A DNA stretch of 33,218 bases from an uncultured Clostridia bacterium (GCA_948505485.1 CAOPQH010000001.1:1-33218), one strand, 5' to 3'. Numbered from the stretch's first letter, positions 8,761 through 19,201 are shown. The notes: generated by a model not told the origin, from the letters alone. Translations and numbers: made by a program.

Positions 8761-10165
8761 ATAATTTGTGTTCTGGATAACTTCCCATTCCATATTCATT
8801 ATTTGCTTCTTCTTCCATATCATCAATTATTTCTTCAGGAGATGCATCTTTATATTTATCTTTGCTACACTCTTTATTATATAATTCTATTGTCCTTTCT
8901 AATCTTTCACTTCCTCTAATGCCTAATTTATCCGCTAATTTTCCCCATGTTATATTTGAATTTGGTATATAATCATTTTCATCAATATGAATGTGTGAAT
9001 CATTATTTGGATCATTGTCTACTAATGTTACATCTAAGTTTGGATCTTCCTTGTCTTCATGTTTTTCTGCTCTTTCTAAAGTTTCTGTTGCTTCTCTAAC
9101 ACCTTGATTTCTTGATTTTAAATATTGCCTTGTATCATCATTTACTAAATTATCTCTATTTGTTTTTAATTCTGTACTTACATATTCTCCTTTTTGTGAT
9201 GACCATTGTGAATATTTAATTTCTCTACCTGATATTTCATCATATCCTACCTTTAAATATTCATTTCCATTTCCATTTACTATTTTATAACTTGAAGTGT
9301 TAGTTTCTCTATCTACACTACCATCAGTATTAACTGTTAAATCACTTCTACTAGAATTATTACCAGATGTAGTGTCAGGCTCTAATATATCTTCTCCTAT
9401 AGGTACTGCTTCTCCATTACTTCTTATTATTACAAAAGAATCCTTCATATTACTTGTATTATCTATATATTGTCCTAAAGAAGATGTATCTACTCTAGCT
9501 AATTTTTCTCCATCCGTAAGTTTTTCTCCATTTGGTAATTCAATATTATTTACTCCTAATTTATTACCTAATGTCTCTCCTTTTATATTTTCACTTAAAT
9601 TAGTTGTTTCTCTTATATTTAATGAAGCTGTTTGCTCTTTTGTTAGCATTTGATTTTTTTCTTGTTCTTGTTCTTGTTCTTCTTCATCTTCTTCTATTTC
9701 TTGTTCTAAATCTATTTCTTCTATATATGTAATCGCTTCTGCTGATACCCCTAATGCTTTTGCTATTTTTTCAATCCTCTCAACCTTTGATTCTATCTCT
9801 AATAACGAAATTCCTTCTTTTGCTTTTTCTGATATTTTTTCTAAATATGTTTGGTCTTTTTCAGAAAATTCTGTTGATGGTACTAATGTTCCTAATGCAC
9901 TATCTTCCCCAGCTACTAGTTGTAAATCTTCATTATAATACCTATAAGTAATTTTACCATTCTCATCTTCTATTGACAAATACACATCTCTTTCTTTTAA
10001 TATATTTTGACCGTCTATTTCTTCTATAAACTCAATTTTCCCTAAATATCTTATATCATTTACAACTGCACTTATCGTTTGCCCATCATTCATTTTTTTA
10101 TTTAATTCTTGCTGTCTTAATTCTTTTAATTTCATCATATTTTCTAATATTTGTTTGTTGTACAT
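8759..10165 (-). CDS. acidic hypothetical protein
   Basis: 468-aa ORF with GGAGGG upstream. It has a glutamate-rich low-complexity centre (EEDEEEQEQEQE) and no motif I can assign. It is the last gene of the RNase G - rimO string. Confidence 0.6.
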   Translation of the reverse strand: MYNKQILENMMKLKELRQQELNKKMNDGQTISAVVNDIRYLGKIEFIEEIDGQNILKERDVYLSIEDENGKITYRYYNEDLQLVAGEDSALGTLVPSTEFSEKDQTYLEKISEKAKEGISLLEIESKVERIEKIAKALGVSAEAITYIEEIDLEQEIEEDEEEQEQEQEKNQMLTKEQTASLNIRETTNLSENIKGETLGNKLGVNNIELPNGEKLTDGEKLARVDTSSLGQYIDNTSNMKDSFVIIRSNGEAVPIGEDILEPDTTSGNNSSRSDLTVNTDGSVDRETNTSSYKIVNGNGNEYLKVGYDEISGREIKYSQWSSQKGEYVSTELKTNRDNLVNDDTRQYLKSRNQGVREATETLERAEKHEDKEDPNLDVTLVDNDPNNDSHIHIDENDYIPNSNITWGKLADKLGIRGSERLERTIELYNKECSKDKYKDASPEEIIDDMEEEANNEYGMGSYPEHKL

Positions 10166-10177
10166 TTTTTTACCCTC

Positions 10178-11545
10178 CTAACAAATTTCTGCAATTACAT
10201 CATAATTATTTATATTTATTATTTTGCATTTTACAATGTTGCTGAGTATATTTTTTTCTTTTAACTCATCTGTGTTTTTTATATAAACAAGCCCGTCCAT
10301 ATCTGGAACATCTTGTTTTGTTCTTCCTATAAAATATTTCTTATCAAAAGTCATATTTTCAATTAACACATCTGTTTTAGCACTAATTCGCTTTTCTAAA
10401 TTTTCTTTAGAAATTACTTGTTGCTTTTTCATTATTTTATTATATCTAGATTTTTTAGTCATATGATGAATTTGCTCTGTCATTTTCGCAGCTGGCGTTC
10501 CTTCTTCTTTTGAGTACATAAATACTCCTAACTTGTCAAATTTTGCTTCTGAAACAAATTTATATAATTTATCAAAATCCTCTTGAGTTTCTCCTGGAAA
10601 TCCCACAATCAAGCTTGTTCTTAGTACGACATCTGGTATTTTTGTTCTAATGTTTTTTATTAATTCTTTTATATTTTTTTCTGATGTCTTTCTATTCATT
10701 CTTCTTAAAATTTTATTTGATATATGTTGAATTGGTATATCAAAATAATTTGATATCTTCTTATTATTTTTAACTGTTTCTATTAACTCTTCTGTAATAC
10801 CTTCTGGATATGAATATAAAAATCTTATCCATTCAATATTTTTAATTTCACTTAATTTTTGCAATAATTCTGCCAACCTAGATTTACCATATAAATCAAT
10901 ACCATATTTAGTAGTATCTTGAGCTATAACTATTAATTCTTTTATTCCTTTATTTGCTAAATCTTTTGCTTCTGAAATTATATCTTCAAATTTTCTACTT
11001 ATAAACTTTCCTCTAATATATGGTATCGCACAATATGTACAGTTGTTGCTACATCCTTCTCCTATTTTTAAATAAGCATAATTATTTCCTGTTGTTACAA
11101 CTTTTTGTAAATAATCATTTTGATTAAACATAGGAAACTGTTGTAATTCAGACACTTTTGTTATTGACTTTTTATTAGATTTTTCTACTTTATCTAATTT
11201 TATTAAATCTTCTATTTTGTTCCATAAATTGTCATATTCATCTACTTTTATAAATAAATCTACTTCAGGAAGACTTTTTATTAAATCATTATAATATCTT
11301 TGTACTAAGCATCCTATAACTATTAAATATTTACATCTACCTTTTTTGTATTCTGCCATTTCTAATATAGTATTAATAGCTTCTTCTTTAGCCTCATCTA
11401 TAAATCCACATGTGTTTATAATTATAATATCAGCCTCTGAAGGATTATTTGTTATATTAAATTTTCTTTTTTTGAAATGCCCTATTACAATTTCTGTATC
11501 TATTAAATTTTTACTACATCCCAATGATACAAATCCTACATTCAT
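10178..11545 (-). CDS. rimO: ribosomal protein S12 methylthiotransferase RimO (radical SAM MTTase)
   Basis: RimO-type N-terminus MNVGFVSLGCSKNLIDTE, radical-SAM CSNNCTYC, and a C-terminal TRAM-like domain. Confidence 0.85.
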   Translation of the reverse strand: MNVGFVSLGCSKNLIDTEIVIGHFKKRKFNITNNPSEADIIIINTCGFIDEAKEEAINTILEMAEYKKGRCKYLIVIGCLVQRYYNDLIKSLPEVDLFIKVDEYDNLWNKIEDLIKLDKVEKSNKKSITKVSELQQFPMFNQNDYLQKVVTTGNNYAYLKIGEGCSNNCTYCAIPYIRGKFISRKFEDIISEAKDLANKGIKELIVIAQDTTKYGIDLYGKSRLAELLQKLSEIKNIEWIRFLYSYPEGITEELIETVKNNKKISNYFDIPIQHISNKILRRMNRKTSEKNIKELIKNIRTKIPDVVLRTSLIVGFPGETQEDFDKLYKFVSEAKFDKLGVFMYSKEEGTPAAKMTEQIHHMTKKSRYNKIMKKQQVISKENLEKRISAKTDVLIENMTFDKKYFIGRTKQDVPDMDGLVYIKNTDELKEKNILSNIVKCKIININNYDVIAEIC

Positions 11546-11556
11546 TATTTTCTCCT

Positions 11557-12744
11557 TTAATTTTGGTGACTACATATATGTTTTCTTGTTAATTCCATTA
11601 AATCTAATTTTGTAAATCCTTCTATTTGAGTTTTTGCTCTGTCCTTTTTCAAATTATCTTCTAATAGTTTTTCTATTTTCTCTTTGTCTTGCTCTTTTTT
11701 CATATCTATATAATCTATAATTATTATTCCACCAATATCCCTTAATCTCAACTGTTTTGCAATTTCTATTGTAGCTTCTCGATTAACTTTAAAAATTGTA
11801 TCTTCTAAATTCTTATTACCTGTATACTTTCCTGTATTTACATCAATAGCTGTTAGTGCCTCTGTTTTATCTATTGTAATAAAACCTCCACAATTTAACC
11901 AAACTTTTCTGTTTTCTATTTTTTCTATTTGTCTAGATAAATCATAAAATTCTATTAAATCTTTATCTTGTTTTATTTCTAATTCTATTTTTTGAAAATC
12001 TTCATTTTGATTTAATATACTTTTTATTATCTTTTCATCTTCTTTTTTATTTACTACTATTGTCTCTAAATTTTTATCAATCATATCAATTATTATTTTC
12101 TCTATTATATCTTCGCTTTTATATATTAATTTAGGTTTATTAGAATTGTAATCTTTATATGATGCATTAATGTCTTCCCATTTTTTTTCTATTACTTTTA
12201 TATCTTTTAAAATTTCATCTTCATTTTTTCCTTTTGCAGAAGTTCTAATTACTGCACCATTTCCCTTTGAAATACTTTTCTTTACTATTTCTAAAAGTCT
12301 TTCTCTTTCTTTTTTATCTTCTATTTTTTGTGAAATAGTTATTATATTAGTATTTGGCATTAATACTATATATCTACTTGGCAAACTAATATGTGTAGAA
12401 ACTCTTGCTCCTTTTTTATCATTACTGTCTTTTTTAACTTGAACTAATAGTTTGTCATTTTGTTTAATTATTTTTCTTATATCTTCTTTTATTTCTAATT
12501 TTTCATTCTTTTCATCCACTTTAGGCAAAATATCTTTTAGATGTATAAAACTATTTTTCTCTGTTCCAATATCTATAAAAGCTGATTGCATTCCACTTAA
12601 AATATCTTTTACTGTTCCTATATATATATTACCTTCATTTCTGTTAGTCTCTTGTGTTTCTTCATATCTTTCTAATAATTTTCCATTTTCTACTAACGCA
12701 ATTGTTTTTTTCTCTTTGTCCCTGTTAATAATTAATTCTAGCAT
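11557..12744 (-). CDS. rng: Rne/Rng-family ribonuclease (RNase G-like)
   Basis: S1 domain GNIYIGTVKDILSGMQSAFIDIGTEKNSFIHLKD and catalytic region TEALTAIDVNTGKYTG. Confidence 0.8.
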   Translation of the reverse strand: MLELIINRDKEKKTIALVENGKLLERYEETQETNRNEGNIYIGTVKDILSGMQSAFIDIGTEKNSFIHLKDILPKVDEKNEKLEIKEDIRKIIKQNDKLLVQVKKDSNDKKGARVSTHISLPSRYIVLMPNTNIITISQKIEDKKERERLLEIVKKSISKGNGAVIRTSAKGKNEDEILKDIKVIEKKWEDINASYKDYNSNKPKLIYKSEDIIEKIIIDMIDKNLETIVVNKKEDEKIIKSILNQNEDFQKIELEIKQDKDLIEFYDLSRQIEKIENRKVWLNCGGFITIDKTEALTAIDVNTGKYTGNKNLEDTIFKVNREATIEIAKQLRLRDIGGIIIIDYIDMKKEQDKEKIEKLLEDNLKKDRAKTQIEGFTKLDLMELTRKHICSHQN

Positions 12745-12758
12745 TTTGTTTTCCCTTC

Positions 12759-13319
12759 TTATACATTAATCTTATTCATTGCATTATCAATTCCACTTTT
12801 CAAAATTTCTAATACCGCATCTTTTGCAACAGTTGTAGCTTTATCTAATATCTCTTTGTCTTCATCTACAATATGTCCTAATACATAATTAATTAAATCG
12901 CCTTTATGTTCTGGCATGCCTATTCCCACTCTTACTCTTGGAAATTCAGTTGTATTAAGATTTTTTACTACCGACTTCATTCCATTGTGTGTACCTGGTC
13001 CACCTTTTTTTCTTATTTTAACAACACCAGGCTCTAAATCTATATCATCATGTATTATAATTGTTTTATTTATATCAATTTTATAAAAATCAACAAACTC
13101 TCTTATACAATCTCCACTAAGATTCATAAACGTTTGTGGTTTTACTAAAATTACCTTTTCATTATTTATTATTCCTTTTCCATACAAACCATTGAATTTC
13201 TTTTTGTTTACTTCTATATTACATTCATTTGAAATTTTATTAATAGTATCAAACCCCATATTATGCCTTGTGTTACTATAATCACTTTCGGGATTTCCTA
13301 ATCCTATTATTAAATACAT
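12759..13319 (-). CDS. pth: peptidyl-tRNA hydrolase
   Basis: MYLIIGLGNPESDYSNTRHNMGFD is the canonical Pth N-terminus. The start is moved to the ATG at 13319 (the ORF track extends to 13343). Confidence 0.9.
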   Translation of the reverse strand: MYLIIGLGNPESDYSNTRHNMGFDTINKISNECNIEVNKKKFNGLYGKGIINNEKVILVKPQTFMNLSGDCIREFVDFYKIDINKTIIIHDDIDLEPGVVKIRKKGGPGTHNGMKSVVKNLNTTEFPRVRVGIGMPEHKGDLINYVLGHIVDEDKEILDKATTVAKDAVLEILKSGIDNAMNKINV

Positions 13320-13500
13320 TTTTATCACCCTTTTAAAAAACATGTATATATTTTACCTTATTTTGCACCATTTTTCAAGTGTATGCATAAAAAACCAGAA
13401 TCAAGATTTTGTACGCAGTGCAAACTGCTACAAAATCTAACTTCTGCCATAATTATCTTCTACGGAAAGTTATCATACCATGATAACTTTCCTAGAATAT

Positions 13501-13523
13501 AAAAAAACACACCTTATGGTGTG
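13501..13523 (-). terminator. intrinsic terminator of spoVG
   Basis: Minus strand: cacacc-ataa-ggtgtg followed by TTTTTTT, beginning 8 nt after the spoVG stop. Confidence 0.7.
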
Positions 13524-13530
13524 TGATTTA

Positions 13531-13803
13531 TTATTCTGCTGATTCCTCTGTTTCTGGAGCTTCATAAGCTTCTAATATAGCTGTTTGAATTTTCTCTCTA
13601 GTTTCAGCATTGATTGGATGAGCTATATCTTTAAATTCTCCGTTTGGAGTTTTTCTACTAGGCATAGCTATAAATAATCCATTTTGACTTTCGATAACTT
13701 TGATATCGTGAATTACGAATTCATTATCGAATGTTACAGAAGCAACAGCTTTCATTCTGTTCTCTGAATTTACTTTTCTTAAACGTACATCTGTTATTTG
13801 CAT
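13531..13803 (-). CDS. spoVG: septation/sporulation regulator SpoVG
   Basis: [11 protein letters not shown]...[45 protein letters not shown] is the SpoVG signature. I prefer the ATG at 13803 over the GTG at 13812. Confidence 0.9.
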   Translation of the reverse strand: MQITDVRLRKVNSENRMKAVASVTFDNEFVIHDIKVIESQNGLFIAMPSRKTPNGEFKDIAHPINAETREKIQTAILEAYEAPETEESAE

Positions 13804-13989
13804 TTTGTGCACCGCCTTCCAATTGTTTATAATATTTTGTACATATTAGTTTAATCTTATGTACAATTATAATATTCTTCACAAAAAAACTTTTTCCCTC
13901 CTTTTTTTACAAAAATTTTTTAAAATATTTTTGTAACACTATTTTTTTTAAAAAATATATTATAAAAGAACATTTTATTATTAAAACTA

Positions 13990-14165
13990 TAGAGTAGTCA
14001 CGCGTGGTGATAGCACTTTTCGTTCGAGCCTGCGAAAACGAAAACGTCCTATCACCAGGTAGCTTGACGGTTACAAAATATTATAACCTAAAATATAGCA
14101 AAGCCGCTGGAGCTCGGGCGATTACTAATCGCCTCTACACTGCAATGATGCTATTTTGATATGAT
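13990..14165 (+). repeat. interspersed structured repeat, copy 1 (rearranged: B module then A module)
   Basis: B module tagagtagtcacgcgtg + long hairpin + caggtagcttgacggtta (13990-14073), a 17-18 nt spacer, then A module aatatagcaaagccgctggagctcgggcgattactaatcgcc... (from 14092). Confidence 0.85.
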
Positions 14166-14286
14166 ATTCTAGTAAAGTATATCTCTAAATAGTTACAAAC
14201 TTATATAATTATTTTTTAAAAAATATTGAAATTTACATTATATAAGTATATAATCTTACTGTTAAAACATAAAAGGAGTGTCTTTA

Positions 14287-15666
14287 ATGCCAAATATAGA
14301 AAAAATAAACAAATATAAAAATATACATATGATTGGAATCGGTGGAGTCAGTATGAGTGGAATTGCAGAAATTTTACACCATTGGGGATTTCATGTAACA
14401 GGATCAGATTGGTGCAAATCAGAAATTACTGATCTATTAGAAACAAGAGGAATAAAAGTAACTATAGGAAGCAATATAGAAGATTTGTCTAAATCTGACT
14501 TAGTTGTATATACAGCAGCAATACAATTTGACGATCCAGAATTACAAAAAGCTAAAAGATTAGGTATTCCAACTATAGAAAGAGCTGATTTCTTAGGAGA
14601 ACTAACAAGATGTTTCGAAGACACAATTGCAATATCAGGAACTCATGGAAAAACCACTACAACATCAATGATTTCTTTATGCTTTATTAAAGCATTAAAA
14701 GACCCAACAATTCAAGTTGGTGCAATATTAAACAAAATAAATGGAAATTACAAAATAGGAAATAGTGAACATTTTATAATAGAAGCCTGTGAATATGTTG
14801 AAAGCTTTTTAAAATTTAGTCCAAAAGCTGAAATAATTTTAAATATAGACAATGACCACTTAGATTACTTCAAAAACTTTGAAAACATAAAAAATGCTTT
14901 TATTAAATATGTAAAAATATTACCTAAAGATGGTATACTTGTTGTAAACGCTGATGACAACAACTGTTTAGACCTACATGAATATACAAAAGCAAAATTT
15001 ATAACATATGGAATTGAAAATGCAAATGCAGACTATATTGCTAAAAATATTAAATTCGATAATGACGGATTTTCAGAATTTGATGTCTATTCAAAAAATG
15101 AATTCTATGGAAAAATAAAATTATCAGTACCTGGAAAGCATAACATTTTAAACTCATTAGCTTGTATTGCTTTATGTACAGAATATGGAATTAAGTATGA
15201 AGATATAGCTAAAGCATTAAAAGATTTTACAGGTGCGCATAGAAGATTTGAATATAAAGGAAAAATCAATGGAGCCAGTATATATGACGATTATGGTCAT
15301 CATCCTACAGAAATATTAGCTACTGTAAATTCTTTAAAAAACAAAAAATACAATAAATCTTGGGTAGTTTTTCAACCCCACACTTACAGTAGAACTAAAA
15401 AACTATTAGATGATTTTGCAAATGCTCTTATAAACTTTGATAATATTATTTTGCTAGACATATATGCAGCAAGAGAAAAAAATACCTATGACATATCATC
15501 ACAAGACTTAGTAGAAAAAATCAATAATTTAGGCAAAAATGCAAAATACATTCCAAACTTTGATGAATGTGTATCTTACTTAAAAGAAAAAGTACAAGAA
15601 AATGATATAGTAATGACATTAGGAGCTGGAACAGTTACAGAAATTGGTCCCATGTTGTTACAATAA
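14287..15666 (+). CDS. murC: UDP-N-acetylmuramate--L-alanine ligase
   Basis: GIGGVSMSGIAEIL, GTHGKTTTTSM and DDYGHHPTE motifs. I prefer the ATG at 14287 (AGGAG 8 nt upstream) over the GTG at 14278. Confidence 0.9.
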   Translation: MPNIEKINKYKNIHMIGIGGVSMSGIAEILHHWGFHVTGSDWCKSEITDLLETRGIKVTIGSNIEDLSKSDLVVYTAAIQFDDPELQKAKRLGIPTIERADFLGELTRCFEDTIAISGTHGKTTTTSMISLCFIKALKDPTIQVGAILNKINGNYKIGNSEHFIIEACEYVESFLKFSPKAEIILNIDNDHLDYFKNFENIKNAFIKYVKILPKDGILVVNADDNNCLDLHEYTKAKFITYGIENANADYIAKNIKFDNDGFSEFDVYSKNEFYGKIKLSVPGKHNILNSLACIALCTEYGIKYEDIAKALKDFTGAHRRFEYKGKINGASIYDDYGHHPTEILATVNSLKNKKYNKSWVVFQPHTYSRTKKLLDDFANALINFDNIILLDIYAAREKNTYDISSQDLVEKINNLGKNAKYIPNFDECVSYLKEKVQENDIVMTLGAGTVTEIGPMLLQ

Positions 15667-15682
15667 AGTGTTTCGTAATTAA

Positions 15683-15845
15683 AATATAGTAAAGCCGTTG
15701 CAGCTCGGGCGATTGCTAATCGTCCCTACATTTCTCTACTATTCTAATTTATTGTTATGTTTTGTTGAAAATATATATTTATAACTGTAGAGTAGTCACG
15801 CGTGGCTACTCTATAATATTGAAAAACGCTATTGATACGTATGAA
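15683..15845 (+). repeat. interspersed structured repeat, copy 2 (B hairpin partly deleted)
   Basis: The A module and linker are close to copy 3. The B module starts normally (tagagtagtcacgcgtg at 15788), but its left arm and loop are replaced by gctactcta. Only a right-arm remnant (gaaaaacgctattgata) remains. Confidence 0.8.
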
Positions 15846-15856
15846 TACTTATAATA

Positions 15857-17101
15857 TTAATATTGCAAACTACTTGAATCTAAAAGAAAATCATATATAC
15901 TCATTATTATAATACCATTTTCATATCTTGATTTTTTTACATTATCACCTACAATAATAATTTTTTTAAAAAAATCATTTACATTTAGTAGAGATTTTTG
16001 TTCTTGTTCTACTTTTTCTTTTGTTCTCATTTCTAAAGCAGATTGGATATATATTTTGTTGTTACCCTTATTAGCTACAAAATCAATTTCTAATTGTTTC
16101 TTTTTATCTCCCTCTCTTATCTCAACAGAACCAACATCAACATTATATCCTCTTTTATTTAATTCTAAATATATAACATTTTCCATAATATGTGATATTT
16201 CTTCGCTTTGTCTAAAATCTAAAAATGAATTTCTTATTCCCATATCTGTAAAATAGTATTTTTGAGGCGTTTCTATAAATCTTTTTCCTCTGACATCAAA
16301 TCTTCTTGCTTTTTCTATCATAAAAGCATCTTGTAAATATCCTAAATAATTATATATTGTTTTATCAGTCATTGTTGAACTTCTATCTCGTTCTTTAAAT
16401 ACATTTGATAATTTTAATGGATTCGTTAGTGAACCTATATCAGATGCTATTATCTGTACTAACATTTCTAATTCTTCTTTATTTTGAACATTATTTCTTT
16501 CAACAATATCATTTATATAAACATTTTCTCTTTGAGATTTTAAATAATTAATTTTTGCATCGTCTGATTTAGCAAGTACAGTTAATGGTAATCCTCCATA
16601 AGTATAATATTCATTTAATGCTTTTTCTTCAGAGCCATCATATATAGAATAATATTCACTAAAAGAAAGAGGATATACTTTTATTTCAGAACCTCTACCT
16701 CTAAATTCTGTAATAATATCAGATGACAAAAATTTTGAATTACTTCCTGTAACATAAACTTCTACATTATTCATATGTAAAAATCCTATTAATACAGATT
16801 CAAATTCTTTTACCTCTTGAACCTCATCAAGAATAATATAATATTTATCTTTATCAACAATTTTGCCTTTTACATATTTGTTCAATTCATCTGGATTATG
16901 ATATATAAAATTATCCCTTTCATCTAGATCTAATTTTATAATATGATCTTTTTTTACTCCTTTTTCCACAAGATAATTTTTAAAAATTGGATCTAATAAA
17001 TACGACTTGCCACATCTTCTAATTCCTGTAACAATTTTTACAAGACCATTATCTAATCCCTCTATAAGTTCATTTAAATAAAAATCTCTTTTTATTTCCA
17101 T
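15857..17101 (-). CDS. AAA_14/DUF4143-type ATPase
   Basis: 414 aa. Walker A GIRRCGKSYLL, Walker B YIILDEVQ, and a C-terminal region typical of DUF4143 ATP-binding proteins. Confidence 0.8.
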   Translation of the reverse strand: MEIKRDFYLNELIEGLDNGLVKIVTGIRRCGKSYLLDPIFKNYLVEKGVKKDHIIKLDLDERDNFIYHNPDELNKYVKGKIVDKDKYYIILDEVQEVKEFESVLIGFLHMNNVEVYVTGSNSKFLSSDIITEFRGRGSEIKVYPLSFSEYYSIYDGSEEKALNEYYTYGGLPLTVLAKSDDAKINYLKSQRENVYINDIVERNNVQNKEELEMLVQIIASDIGSLTNPLKLSNVFKERDRSSTMTDKTIYNYLGYLQDAFMIEKARRFDVRGKRFIETPQKYYFTDMGIRNSFLDFRQSEEISHIMENVIYLELNKRGYNVDVGSVEIREGDKKKQLEIDFVANKGNNKIYIQSALEMRTKEKVEQEQKSLLNVNDFFKKIIIVGDNVKKSRYENGIIIMSIYDFLLDSSSLQY

Positions 17102-17221
17102 TTTAGCCTCCTATTACGAATTTTTTCCGTTTACGGAACTTTTTCGTAATATTATTATAACAAATAAATTTTATAAAGTCAATTATTTTTTTACAAGTTA
17201 CTCGTTACACAACCTTATCGT

Positions 17222-17410
17222 AATATAGCAAATCCGTTGCAGATCGGGCGATTGCTAATCGCCCTTACATTTCTCTACTATTCAATTTATCGTTATGTTT
17301 TGTTGAAAATGCATATTTATAACTGTAGAGTAGTCACGCGTGTCAATAGCGTTTTTCTTTTGAGCCTGCCGAAAAAGAAAATACCCTATTGACAGGTAGC
17401 TTGACGGCTA
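17222..17410 (+). repeat. interspersed structured repeat, copy 3 (complete A-linker-B unit)
   Basis: A hairpin gggcgatt-gct-aatcgccc, linker, then tagagtagtcacgcgtg, outer stem gtcaatag/ctattgac, inner stem ttttctttt/aaaagaaaa, conserved loop gagcctg, and tail caggtagcttgacggcta. Confidence 0.85.
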
Positions 17411-17424
17411 GAAAACAACGCATT

Positions 17425-18660
17425 TTAATTATTAGCACTTTTTAACTGCTTAATCATCATATCCGCAAAAACTCCATAACCTTCTTGAGGGTCACTAACA
17501 AGCACATGTGTAACAGCACCAATAAACTTTCCATTTTGAATTATTGGACTACCACTCATACCTTGAATAATTCCCCCTGTTTTTTCCAGCAATGCTTTAT
17601 CTGTTACCTTAATTAGCATACTTTTATTATTATAATTATTATTTAAATACACCTTTTCTATTTCAATTTCATACTTTTCAGGTACTCCATTACCTAAACT
17701 GCACAATATATATGCCTTTTCTTCTTTTATCTCTTCTCTATAAGCAACATCTAATTCATCTCCATTACTACTATTTAATGCACTCAAATTATTTACTTTT
17801 CCATATATTCCAAAATTAGTGTTTTTATAAATTTCTCCTATATTTAATTGATTATCAATTGTACCTTGTATCTTACCAGGAGTCCCTTTTGAACCCTTAG
17901 TTATAGCCAAAGACTTTGTTGTTATAAATTCTCCTTTTGCTATGTTTAATAATTCACCTGTATCTATATCAGTTATTCCATGTCCTAATGCTCCAAACAT
18001 TTTGCTAGAAGGTTCATAAAAGGTAACTGTTCCAACACCTGCTGCACTATCTCTAACCCATAGTCCTAGTTTATATTCGTTGTTACTTGTTTGTACTGGT
18101 TTTATACTACATTCTTCTGTTTTACCATCTCTTACATATTTAACATCTACAGCTATGCCTTTAGACTCATTTACAGTATTTACTAATTCATTTGTAGATG
18201 ATATATTTTTTTCATTTATAGATATTATCATATCGCCTTCTTCTATTCCTGAATTTTCATATGGTTTATATTTATTTTGGTCATTTCCTTCTATCTCTGA
18301 CATACCTACAACTAATACACCATTTGTATATAATTTAACACCTGCTAATGTTCCTAATGGCACTACCTTTGTTTTTGGAATTACATTTACATTTATGTCT
18401 TTTATATCAAAATTATCAAATAAATTTACACTTACCTTTTTGGTACCAACACTATTTGAAACATTGTTAGATATAGTACTAGAAGTTGTAGCTGTTTGAT
18501 AATCTTCTTTCGAATTTATAGAAATCCCAAATATTGTTTTTATATTTAAATTTTCACCTTCAAATACTACAATATCATTTGGAATGCAATCTATTGCTAT
18601 AAAATATGTGTATAAAAAAATAAGAATAATTACTAATAAAACTCGCCTTAATATTTTCAA
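17425..18660 (-). CDS. spoIVB: SpoIVB peptidase (S55 serine peptidase, sporulation signalling)
   Basis: N-terminal TM helix, a PDZ-like region (GIEEGDMIISINEKNISS), and an S55 catalytic region (GALGHGITD, IIQGMSGSPI). Confidence 0.88.
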   Translation of the reverse strand: MKILRRVLLVIILIFLYTYFIAIDCIPNDIVVFEGENLNIKTIFGISINSKEDYQTATTSSTISNNVSNSVGTKKVSVNLFDNFDIKDINVNVIPKTKVVPLGTLAGVKLYTNGVLVVGMSEIEGNDQNKYKPYENSGIEEGDMIISINEKNISSTNELVNTVNESKGIAVDVKYVRDGKTEECSIKPVQTSNNEYKLGLWVRDSAAGVGTVTFYEPSSKMFGALGHGITDIDTGELLNIAKGEFITTKSLAITKGSKGTPGKIQGTIDNQLNIGEIYKNTNFGIYGKVNNLSALNSSNGDELDVAYREEIKEEKAYILCSLGNGVPEKYEIEIEKVYLNNNYNNKSMLIKVTDKALLEKTGGIIQGMSGSPIIQNGKFIGAVTHVLVSDPQEGYGVFADMMIKQLKSANN

Positions 18661-18792
18661 TTAAATCGCTCCTTCTATTTTATTATTCCTATTTTTTTAT
18701 TTTTTATTTAATTAACATTTTTGTAATTGAATTTGTTTTTGAATTTTTCTTAGATTATAATTATTTAAATAACTTTAATTTGAATTAAATTT

Positions 18793-19002
18793 TTAAAAAT
18801 CTTTAGAATTTAAATTAAAAAATGTTTTTGCATATAATTCCTCCATTTCTTTGTCAAATTCTTCTAAAGTAATATATCTTCCGTTTCTTATATCATCCTC
18901 AGCTTCTGCTAATCCTGCAAAAAAATGTAAATCATATAGTAAGTTATAAATAGATTCATTATCCATTTTTGGATCTTTTAATAGTTCTTTTATTTTTTCC
19001 AT
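18793..19002 (-). CDS. small hypothetical protein
   Basis: 69 aa with GGAG upstream. The AEAEDDIRNGRYITLEEFDKEM segment resembles the C-terminal tail of some antitoxin-like small proteins, but that is not diagnostic. Confidence 0.5.
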   Translation of the reverse strand: MEKIKELLKDPKMDNESIYNLLYDLHFFAGLAEAEDDIRNGRYITLEEFDKEMEELYAKTFFNLNSKDF

Positions 19003-19015
19003 AAAATCTCCTTTC

Positions 19016-19201
19016 TTAAATACCTCTATAGCAATCAGGATATTTATTATATTCTTCTACAAATGGTTTTAATTCTTCGTCACCATATACTTCATAATAT
19101 TTTTTTGCTAGCTCCATTATTATTTTAGAACTGTCTTCTTTTTCTAGTTCTGGTGGCATTGAATCTACTATTTTTAGTAATCTTTTTTTGGTTTCTGTCA
19201 T
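19016..19201 (-). CDS. small hypothetical protein
   Basis: 61 aa starting from the ATG at 19201 (AGGAG 7 nt upstream). The ORF-track extension to 19324 has no RBS and would cover a consensus promoter on the other strand. Confidence 0.5.
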   Translation of the reverse strand: MTETKKRLLKIVDSMPPELEKEDSSKIIMELAKKYYEVYGDEELKPFVEEYNKYPDCYRGI

